Positions 52,539-62,382 of a DNA stretch of 64,000 nt are shown piece by piece; the stretch's first letter is position 1; the number at the start of each line of letters is the position of its first letter. The stretch covers positions 45,966-109,965 of the forward strand of contig CAWFDF010000016.1 of assembly GCA_963814585.1 (NCBI GenBank). The letters are read 5' to 3'. A model generated the notes under the pieces. The model made no database searches. It saw nothing but the letters and a program-made list of their open reading frames with translations, and was not told the DNA's origin. A program made the translations under genes and the position numbers. The stretch comes from an uncultured delta proteobacterium. GTDB taxonomy: Bacteria; Myxococcota; Myxococcia; Myxococcales; Anaeromyxobacteraceae.

Positions 52539-54628
52539 ATGCTGCGCGCCCTCGCCCGCCTCGGAGTGAAGCGGACCCTCTTCCTCGCCATCGGCGTGTC
52601 GGTGGTGGCGGCCGGGGCCTTGACGGCGTTCGGCATCAACCGGGTGGTGCTGGGGGCGCTGGAGGCGTCGCTGCTCCACCGGGGCGAGGGCGACGCGCGG
52701 GTGCTGGCCAGCGAGCTGTCGTCCGGGCTGGCCAGCGGCAACCAGGCGGCCATCGCCGCCCGGCTCGGCGACCGGTTCGACCTGAGCCAGGACGCCTACG
52801 CCGTGGTGGTCCGGACCGACCTGACCGTGGTCGCCAGGCAAGAGGCCCGGCACCACACCCCCGATGTCGAGGAGGTGGTGCAGGCCCACGCCAAGGCGGG
52901 GATGGCCGCCTCCTTCCGCGCCGACGGGCTGCTCCGCTTCACCGCCCCGGTGATGGTGCCGCAGCTCCGGGCCGACGGCACCCGCGAGGACACCCTGGCG
53001 GGCTACGTGCTGCTCGGCATCTCCTCCATCAAGGTCAACCAGCGGCTCAAGGAGGTCCAGCTGCTGGTGCTGGGGCTGCTCGGCGGCGGCGGCGTGGTCA
53101 TGGTCGCGCTCGTCTACTTCTTCATCTCGCGGCTGGTGCTGTCCCCGCTCATCCAGATGAGCGCGGTGGCCCGCCGCATGAGCGAGTCCGACCTCAGCGC
53201 CCGCGCCGCCCGGGGCGGGGAGGACGAGCTGGGCGGGCTGGCCGACTCGCTCAACCGGATCGGCGAGACCCTGGCCGGCACGCTCTCGCGGGTCCAGACC
53301 GTCTCCGGCGGCATCGCCGCGGTCATCGAACGGATCGGCCAGACCGGCGCGGCCGTCTCGCAGGGCGCCGGCACGGTCTCGGAGCGCGCCGTCGAGACCT
53401 CCGTGTCCATGGGCGAGATGATCACCAGCCTCAAGGGGATCGCCGACAACGTCGAGGTGCTGGCGGGCAGCGCCGAGGAGTCCTCCTCGTCGATCCTCGA
53501 GATGGCCGCCACCAACGACGTGGTGGCCGAGAACATCCAGGCCCTGGCCGCCTCGGTGCAGGAGACCACCGCCGCCATCGAGGAGATGACCTACTCCATC
53601 AAGGAGGTGGCCAAGAACATCGAGGACCTCTCGACCACCACCGAGCAGACCAGCTCGTCGATGAACGAGATGGACGTCTCCATCTACCAGGTCGAGACCA
53701 ACGCCAACGAGACCGCCCGGCTCTCCGAGCAGGCCCAGCGCGACGCCGAGATGGGCGCCGAGGCCCTCTCCCGGACGCTGCTGGGCATCGACAAGATCAA
53801 GGACTCCTCGAAGGAGGCCGCCAGCGTCATCGAGGCCCTGGGGCGCAAGCATCTCCGCCATCGACAACATCCTCAACGTCATCGACGACGTGGCCGAGCA
53901 GACCAACCTGCTGGCGCTCAACGCCGCCATCATCGCGGCCCAGGCGGGCGAGCACGGCAAGGGCTTCGCCGTGGTGGCCGACGAGATCAAGGACCTCGCC
54001 GAGCGCACCGGCGCCTCCACCAAGGAGATCGCCGAGCTGATCCGCGCGGTGCAGGAGCGAGTCCAAGGCGGCGGTCAGCGCCATGGACCGCGGCGTCCGC
54101 AACGTCGAGGAGGGGGTGCGGCTGGGGCAGGAGACCGAGACCGCGCTCAAGAAGATCGAGGCCTCCTCCCACCAGGCCACCCACATGGTCCGCGCCATCG
54201 CCCGCGCCACCGTCGAGCAGGCGCGCGGCTCGAAGCAGGTCACCGACTCCATCATCCGCATCGCCGAGACGGTGCAGCAGATCGCCACCGCCACGGCCGA
54301 GCAGGCGCGTGGCTCCGAGCAGATCATGAAGAGCGCGGAGAAGATGAAGTCCATCACCAAGCACGTCGAGCGCTCCTCGCAGGAGCAGGCGCGCGGCTCC
54401 AAGCAGATCACCAAGGCCATCGAGTCGATCAGCGACATGGTCCACCACCTCAACCAGGCCCAGAAGGACCAGACCCGCGGCTCGGAGCAGGTGATGGGGG
54501 CGGTGGTGGAGATCCAGCAGGTCGCCGAGGCGCAGAACGTATCGGCCCATGACCTGGAGGCCGCCATCGCCGACCTGGCCGCCCAGGCCGAGGTGCTGCG
54601 AGCCGAGGTCCGGCGGTTCCAGCTGTAG
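52539..54628 (+). CDS. Methyl-accepting chemotaxis protein (frameshifts at ~53850 and ~54058)
   Basis: Two TM helices, HAMP (DELGGL), [30 protein letters not shown]; continuous over three frames. Confidence 0.9.
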
Positions 54629-54652
54629 CCCGCCAGGCAGGGAGCGCCCCAC

Positions 54653-55030
54653 ATGTTCGGCCTCGGCTTCGGAGAGATCGTCATCGTCGCCATCCTGGCG
54701 CTGGTCCTGCTCGGTCCGGACAAGCTGCCGGAGGCGGCCAAGATGCTGGGCAAGACGCTGCAGGACCTGAAGAAGGCGACCGACGGGCTGAAGGGCCAGC
54801 TCGAGGCCGAGATGTACTCGGTCGAGAAGGTGGTCAAGAAGGCCATCGACGGGGTCGAGGCAGGCCCGGGCCCCGCGGTGCCGCCGGTGGCCGCCGCCGC
54901 GGCCGCCCGCACCGGCGCCCCAGGCGCGCCGCCGCCCGCCTCCGCCGAGAACGTGCCCGGCCTCGACGCCGCGCTGGTCGATCCGCTCGGGGCGCCCCAG
55001 CCGCCGGCCGAGCCGGCCAAGGACGCATGA
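54653..55030 (+). CDS. tatB: Twin-arginine translocase TatB (TatA/B family)
   Basis: MFGLGFGE…LLGPDKLP, long Pro/Ala tail, coupled to tatC. Confidence 0.88.
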   Translation: MFGLGFGEIVIVAILALVLLGPDKLPEAAKMLGKTLQDLKKATDGLKGQLEAEMYSVEKVVKKAIDGVEAGPGPAVPPVAAAAAARTGAPGAPPPASAENVPGLDAALVDPLGAPQPPAEPAKDA

Positions 55031-55818
55031 GCCAGCCCGACGCCACCCCGCCCGCGGAGAGGCCCGAGGCCGAGCTCAAGCTCACCTTCTGGGACCACCT
55101 GCGCGAGCTCCGCAAGCGGGTCCTGCACTCGCTCTACGGGCTGCTGGCGGGGATGGTGGCGGTGGGCGCCTTCGTGGAGTGGCTGGTCGACCGGCTCATG
55201 GCGCCGGTGCTGCAGGCGCTGCCGGCCGGCTCGCAGAAGCTGGTCTACACCAGCGCCATCGAGCCGGTGATGGTCTACATCAAGGTGGCCATCTACGGCG
55301 GCGTCTTCGTGGCGGCGCCGTGGATCCTCTACCAGCTCTGGCAGTTCATCGCGCCCGGCCTCTACAAGAAGGAGAAGAAGGTGGTCTTCCCCTTCCTGCT
55401 CTCCGGCACGCTGCTCTTCTACGCCGGCGCCTGGTTCTGCTTCCGCCTGGTCTTGCCGGCGGCCTTCCCGGCCATGCTGGCCATCGCCAGCGACGCCACC
55501 ATGACCCCCATGCTCTCGATCAGCGAGCAGCTCGGGCTGGTGATGGCCATGCTGCTGGGCTTCGGCGTGGTCTTCGAGGTGCCGGTCATCATCGCCTTCC
55601 TCTCCATGGTCGGGCTGGTCTCGGTGGAGTTCCTGGTGAAGTACCGGCGCCACGCCGTCATCGTGAACACGCTGCTGGCGGCCCTCCTCACCCCCACCGG
55701 TGACCCGCTCAACCTCGCCATGATGGCGGTGCCCATGTGCCTCTTCTACGAGGTGGGCATCGTCCTGGCCCGCATCCTCGGCAAGAAGAAGCCGGCCGAG
55801 GCGCCGGCCGCCACCTGA
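55027..55818 (+). CDS. tatC: Twin-arginine translocase TatC
   Basis: HLRELRKR, QLWQFIAPGLY, FEVP, TPTGD. Confidence 0.96.
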   Translation: MSQPDATPPAERPEAELKLTFWDHLRELRKRVLHSLYGLLAGMVAVGAFVEWLVDRLMAPVLQALPAGSQKLVYTSAIEPVMVYIKVAIYGGVFVAAPWILYQLWQFIAPGLYKKEKKVVFPFLLSGTLLFYAGAWFCFRLVLPAAFPAMLAIASDATMTPMLSISEQLGLVMAMLLGFGVVFEVPVIIAFLSMVGLVSVEFLVKYRRHAVIVNTLLAALLTPTGDPLNLAMMAVPMCLFYEVGIVLARILGKKKPAEAPAAT

Positions 55819-55825
55819 TGCCGCC

Positions 55826-55981
55826 ATGCCGGTCTTCCACGGGCTCGCCGCCGGCTTCGCCCTGCTCATGCTGGCCAGGCACCTGCCGGCGGCCCGGCGA
55901 CGCCAGCCGGTGGCCATCTTCACCTGCCTGCTGGCGCTGGCCGTGCTCGCCTTCGCCGTCAAGGGGTTGCTCGGCGCCTGA
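55826..55981 (+). CDS. 51 aa two-helix membrane microprotein (not in the ORF track)
   Basis: MPVFHGLAAGFALLMLARHLPAARRRQPVAIFTCLLALAVLAFAVKGLLGA*; GC3-rich; fills the tatC-thiolase gap. Confidence 0.65.
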   Translation: MPVFHGLAAGFALLMLARHLPAARRRQPVAIFTCLLALAVLAFAVKGLLGA

Positions 55982-56011
55982 ACGGCGCCGCCGCCCAGAG
56001 GAGAACCCGCC

Positions 56012-57208
56012 ATGAAGAGCGCCGGTCCCTTCGAAGTGGTCATCCTCGCCGCCACCCGGACGCCGTTCGGCGCCTTCGGCGGCGCGCTCAAGGCGCTCAG
56101 CGCCACCGACCTGGGGGTCCACGCCTCGGCGGCGGCGCTGGCGGCGGCCGGCGTCGCCCCCGCCGACGTCGGCCACGTGATCTTCGGCAACGTGCTGCAG
56201 ACCTCGCCCGACGCCATCTACCTGGCCCGGCACGTGGGCCTGCGGGCCGGGGTGCCGGAGGCGGTGCCGGCCCTCACCGTCAACCGGCTCTGCGGCTCCG
56301 GCTTCGAGGCGGTCATCCAGGCGGCCATGTTCATCCTCACCGGCCAGGCCGAGGTGGTGCTGGCCGGCGGGACCGAGTCGATGAGCCAGGCGCCGCTGGT
56401 GCTGCGCAACTCCCGGTGGGGCCACGCCTTCGGCAAGCCGCCGCCGCTGGAGGACTCGCTCTGGAGCGCCCTCACCGACTCCTACGTCGGCCTCCCCATG
56501 GCGATCACCGCCGAGCAGCTGGCGGTGGACCACGGGCTCACCCAGGCGCAGGTGGACGAGTACTCGGTGCTCTCGCAGCAGCGCTGGAGCGCCGCGCAGG
56601 CGGCCGGCCGCTTCGCCGCCGAGCTGGCGCCGGTGACGCTGGAGGGCCGGAAGGGGCCGACCCGGCTCGACCGCGACGAGTCTCCGCGTCCCGAGACCAC
56701 GCTGGAGGGGCTCTCCAGGCTGCCCAAGGTCTTCAAGAAGGACGGCGTCGTCCACGCCGGCGCGGCCAGCGGCATCGCCGACGGCGCCGCCGCGCTGGTG
56801 GTGGCGAGCCGGGCGTGGGCGGAGCGGCGGGGCCTGGCCCCGCTGGCGCGGCTCGTCAACTGGGGCCACGCCGGCGTCGCGCCCGGACGGATGGGGATCG
56901 GCCCGGTGCCGGCCGTCCGGAACGCGCTGGCGCGCGCCGGGACCACGCTCGGCGAGCTCGATCTCTTCGAGGTGAACGAGGCCTTCGCCCCGCAGTACCT
57001 GGCGGTGGAGCAGGAGCTGGGGCTGCCGCGCGACCTCACCAACGTGGACGGCGGCGCCATCGCCCTCGGTCACCCGCTGGCGGCGAGCGGCGCCCGCATC
57101 ACCGCCCACCTGTGCCACGAGCTGCGGCGGCGCGGCGGCCGGGCCGCCATCGGCTCGGCCTGCATCGGCGGCGGGCAGGGCGTCGCGCTGATCCTCGGCG
57201 CCGCGTAG
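56012..57208 (+). CDS. Acetyl-CoA C-acyltransferase (thiolase)
   Basis: NRLCGSG, NEAF, GHP, CIGGGQG. Confidence 0.95.
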   Translation: MKSAGPFEVVILAATRTPFGAFGGALKALSATDLGVHASAAALAAAGVAPADVGHVIFGNVLQTSPDAIYLARHVGLRAGVPEAVPALTVNRLCGSGFEAVIQAAMFILTGQAEVVLAGGTESMSQAPLVLRNSRWGHAFGKPPPLEDSLWSALTDSYVGLPMAITAEQLAVDHGLTQAQVDEYSVLSQQRWSAAQAAGRFAAELAPVTLEGRKGPTRLDRDESPRPETTLEGLSRLPKVFKKDGVVHAGAASGIADGAAALVVASRAWAERRGLAPLARLVNWGHAGVAPGRMGIGPVPAVRNALARAGTTLGELDLFEVNEAFAPQYLAVEQELGLPRDLTNVDGGAIALGHPLAASGARITAHLCHELRRRGGRAAIGSACIGGGQGVALILGAA

Positions 57209-57220
57209 CACCGCTCCGAA

Positions 57221-57284
57221 GAGGCCGCCTGCCGCAGCGGGAGGATCGGCTCTCGCAGGACGGATCTTGCCCGGGGCGCGGCAC
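57221..57284. repeat. MITE-like repeat, partial copy 3 (one arm)
   Basis: GAGGCCGCCTGCCGCAGCGGGAGGATCGGCTCTCGCAG…ATCTTGCCCGGGGCGCGGCAC aligns with 47849-47912. Confidence 0.8.
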
Positions 57285-57421
57285 CATCCCGGGAGCCCAG
57301 CCGCGCGGCACCGGCCGGGTCATCCCGGGCCCACGGGCGGCGCCAGGCCGGCCTTCTTCTTGCCCGCCCCCCGCGGCGACGGTAGGTTCCCTCCACGCGG
57401 GGTGTGGCGGGGAGGGCGACG

Positions 57422-57619
57422 ATGGCTGCGTTCACGGGGGTGAAGGTCTTCTCGACGACGCTGGCGAGGGACCGCGAGGTCATGGGCGACCAGATCACCC
57501 GCTGGCTCGACGCCCACCCCGACCTGGAGATCGTGGACCGGCAGGTGACCCAGAGCTCCGACAAGGAGTTCCACTGCCTGACCATCACGCTCTTCTACCG
57601 GGAGAAGGGCGGCACCTGA
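57422..57619 (+). CDS. Small conserved myxobacterial protein
   Basis: FTGVKVFSTTLARDRE…QSSDKEFHCLTITLFY; GGAGG RBS. Confidence 0.8.
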   Translation: MAAFTGVKVFSTTLARDREVMGDQITRWLDAHPDLEIVDRQVTQSSDKEFHCLTITLFYREKGGT

Positions 57620-57641
57620 TGGGCCGCGGAGAACCCCGGCC

Positions 57642-58388
57642 GTGAGGGGCACCGTGCGGCACGCCCTGACGCTGGGCGGGCAGGTGCCGGCGGCGGTCGG
57701 CGGCCTGCTGGCCGCGCTGGTCCTCCTGACGCTCCTGGCCACCGTGGTCCCGCCGCTGGGGGCCTGGCTGGTCCTCGACGTCGAGGACGGGTGGGGCCTC
57801 CTCCAGCCCTGGCGGTACCTCACCTGGTCCTTCGTCGAGGGCCCGCTCCCCGGCAGCTTCATCACGCTGGTCTTCGCCGGCCTGCTGCTGGTCTGGCTGG
57901 GCCGGCAGCTCACCGCGGCCTGGGGCGAGCGCCTCTTCCTCCGCCGGGTGCTCCTCATCGTCGCCGGGGCCGGGGCCATCACCGCGCTGCTGCTGGCCCC
58001 GATCGGCTGGGCCTGGCCCGTCCACGGCGTCTGGCCGCTCACCAACGCGCTGCTGGCCTGCTGGGGGCTGGTCTTCCAGCACCAGCGGCTCAGCTGGTTC
58101 GGCGTGGTCGAGATGCGAGGCCTGACGGTGGCCCGGGTCATCGGCCTGGGCACGCCGGCCTGGGCGCTGCTGCTCGGACCGCCCGGCTTCGGGCCGCTGG
58201 AGCGGCTGGCCTCCTACCTGCCACACCTGGCGGCGCTCCTGATCGGCTGGCTGCTCGCCGGCGATGGTCCGCGGCGGCGCTGGCGGCGCCTCACCGAGCG
58301 CTGGCGGGAGCGGCGCCGGCGCCGGGCCCGGAACCGCTTCGAGGTGATCGACCCCGGCCCGCGGCCGCCGGGCCAGTACCTCAACTGA
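57642..58388 (+). CDS. Rhomboid-like membrane protein
   Basis: QPWRYLTWSF motif, about six TM helices, PHLAA; catalytic GxSG not evident. Confidence 0.65.
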   Translation: MRGTVRHALTLGGQVPAAVGGLLAALVLLTLLATVVPPLGAWLVLDVEDGWGLLQPWRYLTWSFVEGPLPGSFITLVFAGLLLVWLGRQLTAAWGERLFLRRVLLIVAGAGAITALLLAPIGWAWPVHGVWPLTNALLACWGLVFQHQRLSWFGVVEMRGLTVARVIGLGTPAWALLLGPPGFGPLERLASYLPHLAALLIGWLLAGDGPRRRWRRLTERWRERRRRRARNRFEVIDPGPRPPGQYLN

Positions 58389-58397
58389 AGGTGAAGC

Positions 58398-59430
58398 TCA
58401 GCTGACCGAGACCTGCTTGACGGCGGCCTGGTAGACCCAGATCCGGCCGGTGTTGGTGCGGGTGTCGGCCGGGAACATGAAGAAGCCCATCCCGCCTTCC
58501 CGGTAGTCGGGCGAGAACCCGGCCACCTGCCGACCGTCACGGAAGGTGACCCGCACCCGCTTCCCCAGCGGCGCCTGGGGCTCCTCGCCGGGCGCCAGCA
58601 TGAAGAAGATGGCCTTCACGCCGTCGGTCGCGACCGGCGAGGTCGCGCCCGGGTCGCCGGAGTCCAGCGCCAGCTCGGGCGCCTCGAGGTCGGCGTCGGC
58701 GAGCGTGCCACGCAGCACCAGGCCGTCGAGGGTGTGGATCACCACGCGGTGAACGCCGGCCGCCACCGTGGCGGCGGACGTCGGCGGCATCGGCTCGACC
58801 TCCGGCCCGGGCAGGCTGACCGGCCCGGGCCCGGCGGGAGCGCCCTCCGGCTGGCCGGTCTCCGCCCCCGCAGGGCCCTGCTCCGGAGCGTCGAAGCTGA
58901 GCGACGGCGAGTCCGGCGAGGGCGAGTCGTAGGCCGAGGCGATCTCGGGCGGCACGTCGATCTCCACGGCCGGGTCGAGGTCGTCGAGGCTCACCGGCTC
59001 GGCGTCGCCGGCGTCGCCGGGCGGCGCGGCGGCCAGCTGGATCGGCCAGGCCGGCTCGGCGGGCAGCGCCTCGAGGACCGGCTCCGGGGTGAGCACGAGG
59101 GTCTCCCCAGGGCCCGGATCCGGCGGCAGCTCCGGCTCGACCCGCTCCAGCGGGGCCTCGAGCGGTGGCTCGGCCGGAAGGGAGGCGGGAATGGGGATGG
59201 GCTCGAACGGCGTCGAGAGGTCGAGGGCCGGCACGCTCTCCCACCGCTCGGCCGCCGCGGCCGGCGCCGCCGTGGCCCAGGGCGTGGTCGGCGGCGGCGA
59301 GGCCGGCTCGCCGAAGGATTCCGCCGGAGGCCAGCTCGAAGCCGGCGTCGAGGGCCCCCTCGGGGAGCCAGTCCGCCGGGGCCTCGCCCAGCTCGAGCGG
59401 CGTGCCGCCAGGGAGGCTCTCTCCGGCAAG
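58398..59430 (-). CDS. 3' part of an FrgA-like protein, truncated at the junction (frameshift near 59318)
   Basis: Acidic Pro-rich linker, then HRVVIHTLDG…VKAIFFML…VTFRDGRQVAGFS…PADTRTNT C-terminal domain. Confidence 0.7.
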
Positions 59431-59442
59431 GTATTACCTTGC
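59426..59442. other. Junction between GC-rich Myxococcota-like and AT-rich Bacteroidota-like DNA, inside the palindrome GCAAGGTA-T-TACCTTGC
   Basis: Abrupt composition change; the gene on the left is cut. Confidence 0.9.
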
Positions 59443-59769
59443 TTGATTTTCCAATTTGCCTGAGCCTGTCAAAAACATGTTTCTCAGTTCTTCATATTCT
59501 GACATGCCAGTAGTAGTTAAGCCCAAATTGTAACTAGAATCTTTCCCGACTAGTTTTTTTGCAATCATTCTTTCTATCTTCTCAAATCGGTTTAAAAAAG
59601 AAATTGATTCTTCAGAGAGTTTTGTATCAAGTTTGTTAACATTTTGATTTACAGCGTTTACGTATTTTTCTGATTGTATTTTCACGGAGTCAATTGAAAT
59701 AAATTTCGATTGTGTATAAGCCGCTTGAATAATACTGATCGATAAACATGTCAGAAAGAAAATTCTCAT
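59434..59769 (-). CDS. N-terminal part of a Bacteroidota-type exported hypothetical protein, probably truncated
   Basis: Signal-peptide-like start, coiled-coil body; the stop falls inside the junction palindrome. Confidence 0.6.
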   Translation of the reverse strand: MRIFFLTCLSISIIQAAYTQSKFISIDSVKIQSEKYVNAVNQNVNKLDTKLSEESISFLNRFEKIERMIAKKLVGKDSSYNLGLTTTGMSEYEELRNMFLTGSGKLENQAR

Positions 59770-60520
59770 AAACAGGAATTAGAGATGATTGGTTATCCTA
59801 TAATGATAAAAGTGTGCGGACTGCTATGCTATTCTATTTGAAAATATTTTAAAATATACTCGGCAGAAATCTGCTTAATATAAATCTTGTATCATATTTT
59901 TTGCAGGAAGAATCAGAGGAATTGGAAAAGGTTAATATCTGAACTGCTTAAATTCTATTTGACAAATGATAGAAATTAAAAACCAATTAAAAAAGGCAAA
60001 TTCATTTGTTAAAACGAATCTAACTTTCATTTTTCAAATACGGATACCACTCAACTTGTCATACCATCCATATTGATTATCATTTACCTTTGCTCAGGCT
60101 AATTCGGTTATACTTGGATGTAATAAAATTAAAAATCACGCATTTATACGCATCCGTTATAGTATTTCCTGCAATACCCTAATCCTGAAAAATTCAGTTC
60201 AAAAATTTTTAACCAATTTTATTCCTAGACTTACTCAATGAATTGCCAGTCCATAAATATTTAATAAAGAGTATTCCTGTTTTTCTCCCCGCTTAATCTA
60301 TGTTCTACTTATCAAGAAAAGGGAAAAAACGGAAAATTGATTGTTTCTTTCGCGTTTTCAGTGTGTTTTTCCCGGGTTCAAAAAAAGGGAGTATGCAAAT
60401 AAATTAGTATATGGCCAGCAAATCAGTCTTTGGAATAGGCTAGAATTTCATTAATTTCAGTAAATTTCCATAGTGTTTTGTTCTTTGAAATGCAATGCAG
60501 GCAAGCATTGGCAGTGAAAC

Positions 60521-61451
60521 CATTACTATCCGTTCGGGATGGTAATGGCGGGATATATCTTCTAAGGCGGCTGGTTCTTTAGACAATAAGTATGAGTATA
60601 ATGGAAAAGAAAAACAAGAGAAAGAGTTTAGTGATGGATCAGGTCTCGAACTGGTATGACTACGGTGCCAGGATGTATGATGCACAGATCGGGAGGTTTT
60701 TTACTCACGATAGATACGCAGAAAAGTACTATTCCTTGAATCCATATCAGTATGCTGCGAATAATCCCATTTATTATGTCGATAATAATGGCGATTCTTT
60801 AGTTGTAAACAGTCTTGCTGGCAATACAACCGCTGTTCCTGCTTTCGCAAGCACGGTAAACGCAGGTCTTGGCGGTTTTTATACCTTAGGTAATACTTCT
60901 ACAGGCGCATATACTTTAAATTCAACTGGGCAGAAGGGTACAATGAGCAATGAACAAAGCGCATTATACAATACTTTGAATGAAGCTATTTCTAGCAGTA
61001 GTACAATCTCGCTTACGGTAGTCGATCATAATGACAAGATTTCTGAAGAAATTTCAGTGGGTGATAATGGCACAGCAACTGGAATGACAGCGACACCTGG
61101 GGTACACACAATAGATATTGGTGATGTCCAGAAATTTGGGACTACGGGACTACTTACTGCTCAAGGTGCATTAGGGCATGAAATAAAGGAGGGGTTTGAA
61201 ATTCAAACAAGTTCCAGTAGAAGTAGTGCAACAATTATGAATGCCCATGAAAAGGGTATCGAAGCTGAGAATAAGATTAATGGAAGCATGAGTTTGGGCG
61301 CAGAGTTACGACCTTCAGGGCAAGTGGATGTCAGGGTTTATCCAGCTAATAAAGATGTTGCCATTCCGGGAAAATAGCATCAATCCCAACTGTAGTTCGA
61401 CTAAATTTCAGTAATGGACAGCTTGTATCCACATCAGGAAATAATAAATGA
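60521..61451 (+). pseudogene. Orphan Rhs core plus C-terminal toxin, cassette 1
   Basis: HYYPFG…YNGKE…[16 protein letters not shown]…NNPIYYVDNNG across frameshifts at ~60554, ~60651 and ~61372; no start codon context or N-terminal repeats. Confidence 0.85.
60523..60552 (+). repeat. 30 bp direct repeat, copy 1 (start of Rhs cassette 1)
   Basis: TTACTATCCGTTCGGGATGGTAATGGCGGG, identical to 62383-62412. Confidence 0.9.
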
Positions 61452-61903
61452 AAAAGATCATATTTGAAATAGGTTTACTGCTATTGTTTTCGATTAATGC
61501 AAACTGTCAGACTGATAGTGTTGTTGATAAATGCCTTATGCGTATCGATAACTATTCAGTACGGTACTCAAGTAATTATATTCAGAAAATTTATCTGGAC
61601 TCTATTGCGATGAGGGTTAGCCATAATTTAGATAAATCGACAAAAAGAAAATTAGTAACCCTTCTTCTGTCTACCGATATGGTTTTAGTTGCTCATGTAC
61701 TTTTAACAAAAATGATCGACGGTGATGCAGCCATACTAAAGTATGAATATCAGTACGATGGAAGTACAATTGTATCCACCCACTTTTATTTCAATAACTT
61801 TAATTGGGTTGTGAATAAAACGGGACATGTTATAGTGACTCTAGAAGATAAGGAACAGATAAATCAATATTGGAAAAAACGAATACCTTTTTCTGAAAAT
61901 TGA
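61448..61903 (+). CDS. Putative exported immunity protein for cassette 1
   Basis: ATGA overlap with the reconstructed toxin end; signal peptide; intact frame. Confidence 0.7.
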   Translation: MKKIIFEIGLLLLFSINANCQTDSVVDKCLMRIDNYSVRYSSNYIQKIYLDSIAMRVSHNLDKSTKRKLVTLLLSTDMVLVAHVLLTKMIDGDAAILKYEYQYDGSTIVSTHFYFNNFNWVVNKTGHVIVTLEDKEQINQYWKKRIPFSEN

Positions 61904-61933
61904 TTACTTCTGGTCGAGATTACAGACCATTGT

Positions 61934-62260
61934 TTAATGCGCATAAGCTTTCCTTGCCTTTGCGTCCCGGATGTACGCATCAATCAGGTCAAATAATGTT
62001 TTCTTTTTATCATCTTCGAGGTGTTCTAGTTCCTGGAACCGCTTCAGCGTTTTTTTATCAAAGCCGTTGAGCATTCCTTCGCCCACGAGATGATCCAGGG
62101 ATACTTCCAGGGCGTCTGCTATTTTTTTTGCCGCATCAATCGATGGCACAGCTTCCCCCCGTTCATATTTACCGATTAAGACCAGGGATACCACAACTAT
62201 CGGCGAGTTCTGCCTGGCTACAGCCTTTTTATCCCGTATGATTATTTCTTTTAATTGCCG
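61934..62260 (-). pseudogene. XRE-family HTH regulator with a decayed N-terminus
   Basis: IGKYERGEAVPSIDAAKKIADALEVSLDHL; SQAELAD helix present only in another frame. Confidence 0.8.
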
Positions 62261-62265
62261 CCTTT

Positions 62266-62304
62266 AAATAAAAGCCGGCCAGGGAAAATAAAAAACATTA
62301 TTTT
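62266..62304. repeat. Intercassette motif AAA(G)CCGGCCAGGGAAA…AAAAACAT, copy 1
   Basis: Recurs at 63958-64000, and weakly at 63866-63890. Confidence 0.65.
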
Positions 62305-62382
62305 GGAGACAGTAAGTGTTCTTTGATAGGGGCAAGATATCAGGTTCCCCAAATTGGCGAAATAGTGAAATAGAGTTGCTAG

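Noticed and set aside
49910..54040. 1376 aa ORF as a single protein
   Set aside because: Only the first ~110 codons after 49949 are PBP1A; the rest is off-frame read-through after an indel
48927..54628. Programmed frameshifting or true pseudogenes in rluA, PBP1A and the MCP
   Set aside because: No slippery heptamers, scattered single insertions and no other decay; sequencing error is more parsimonious
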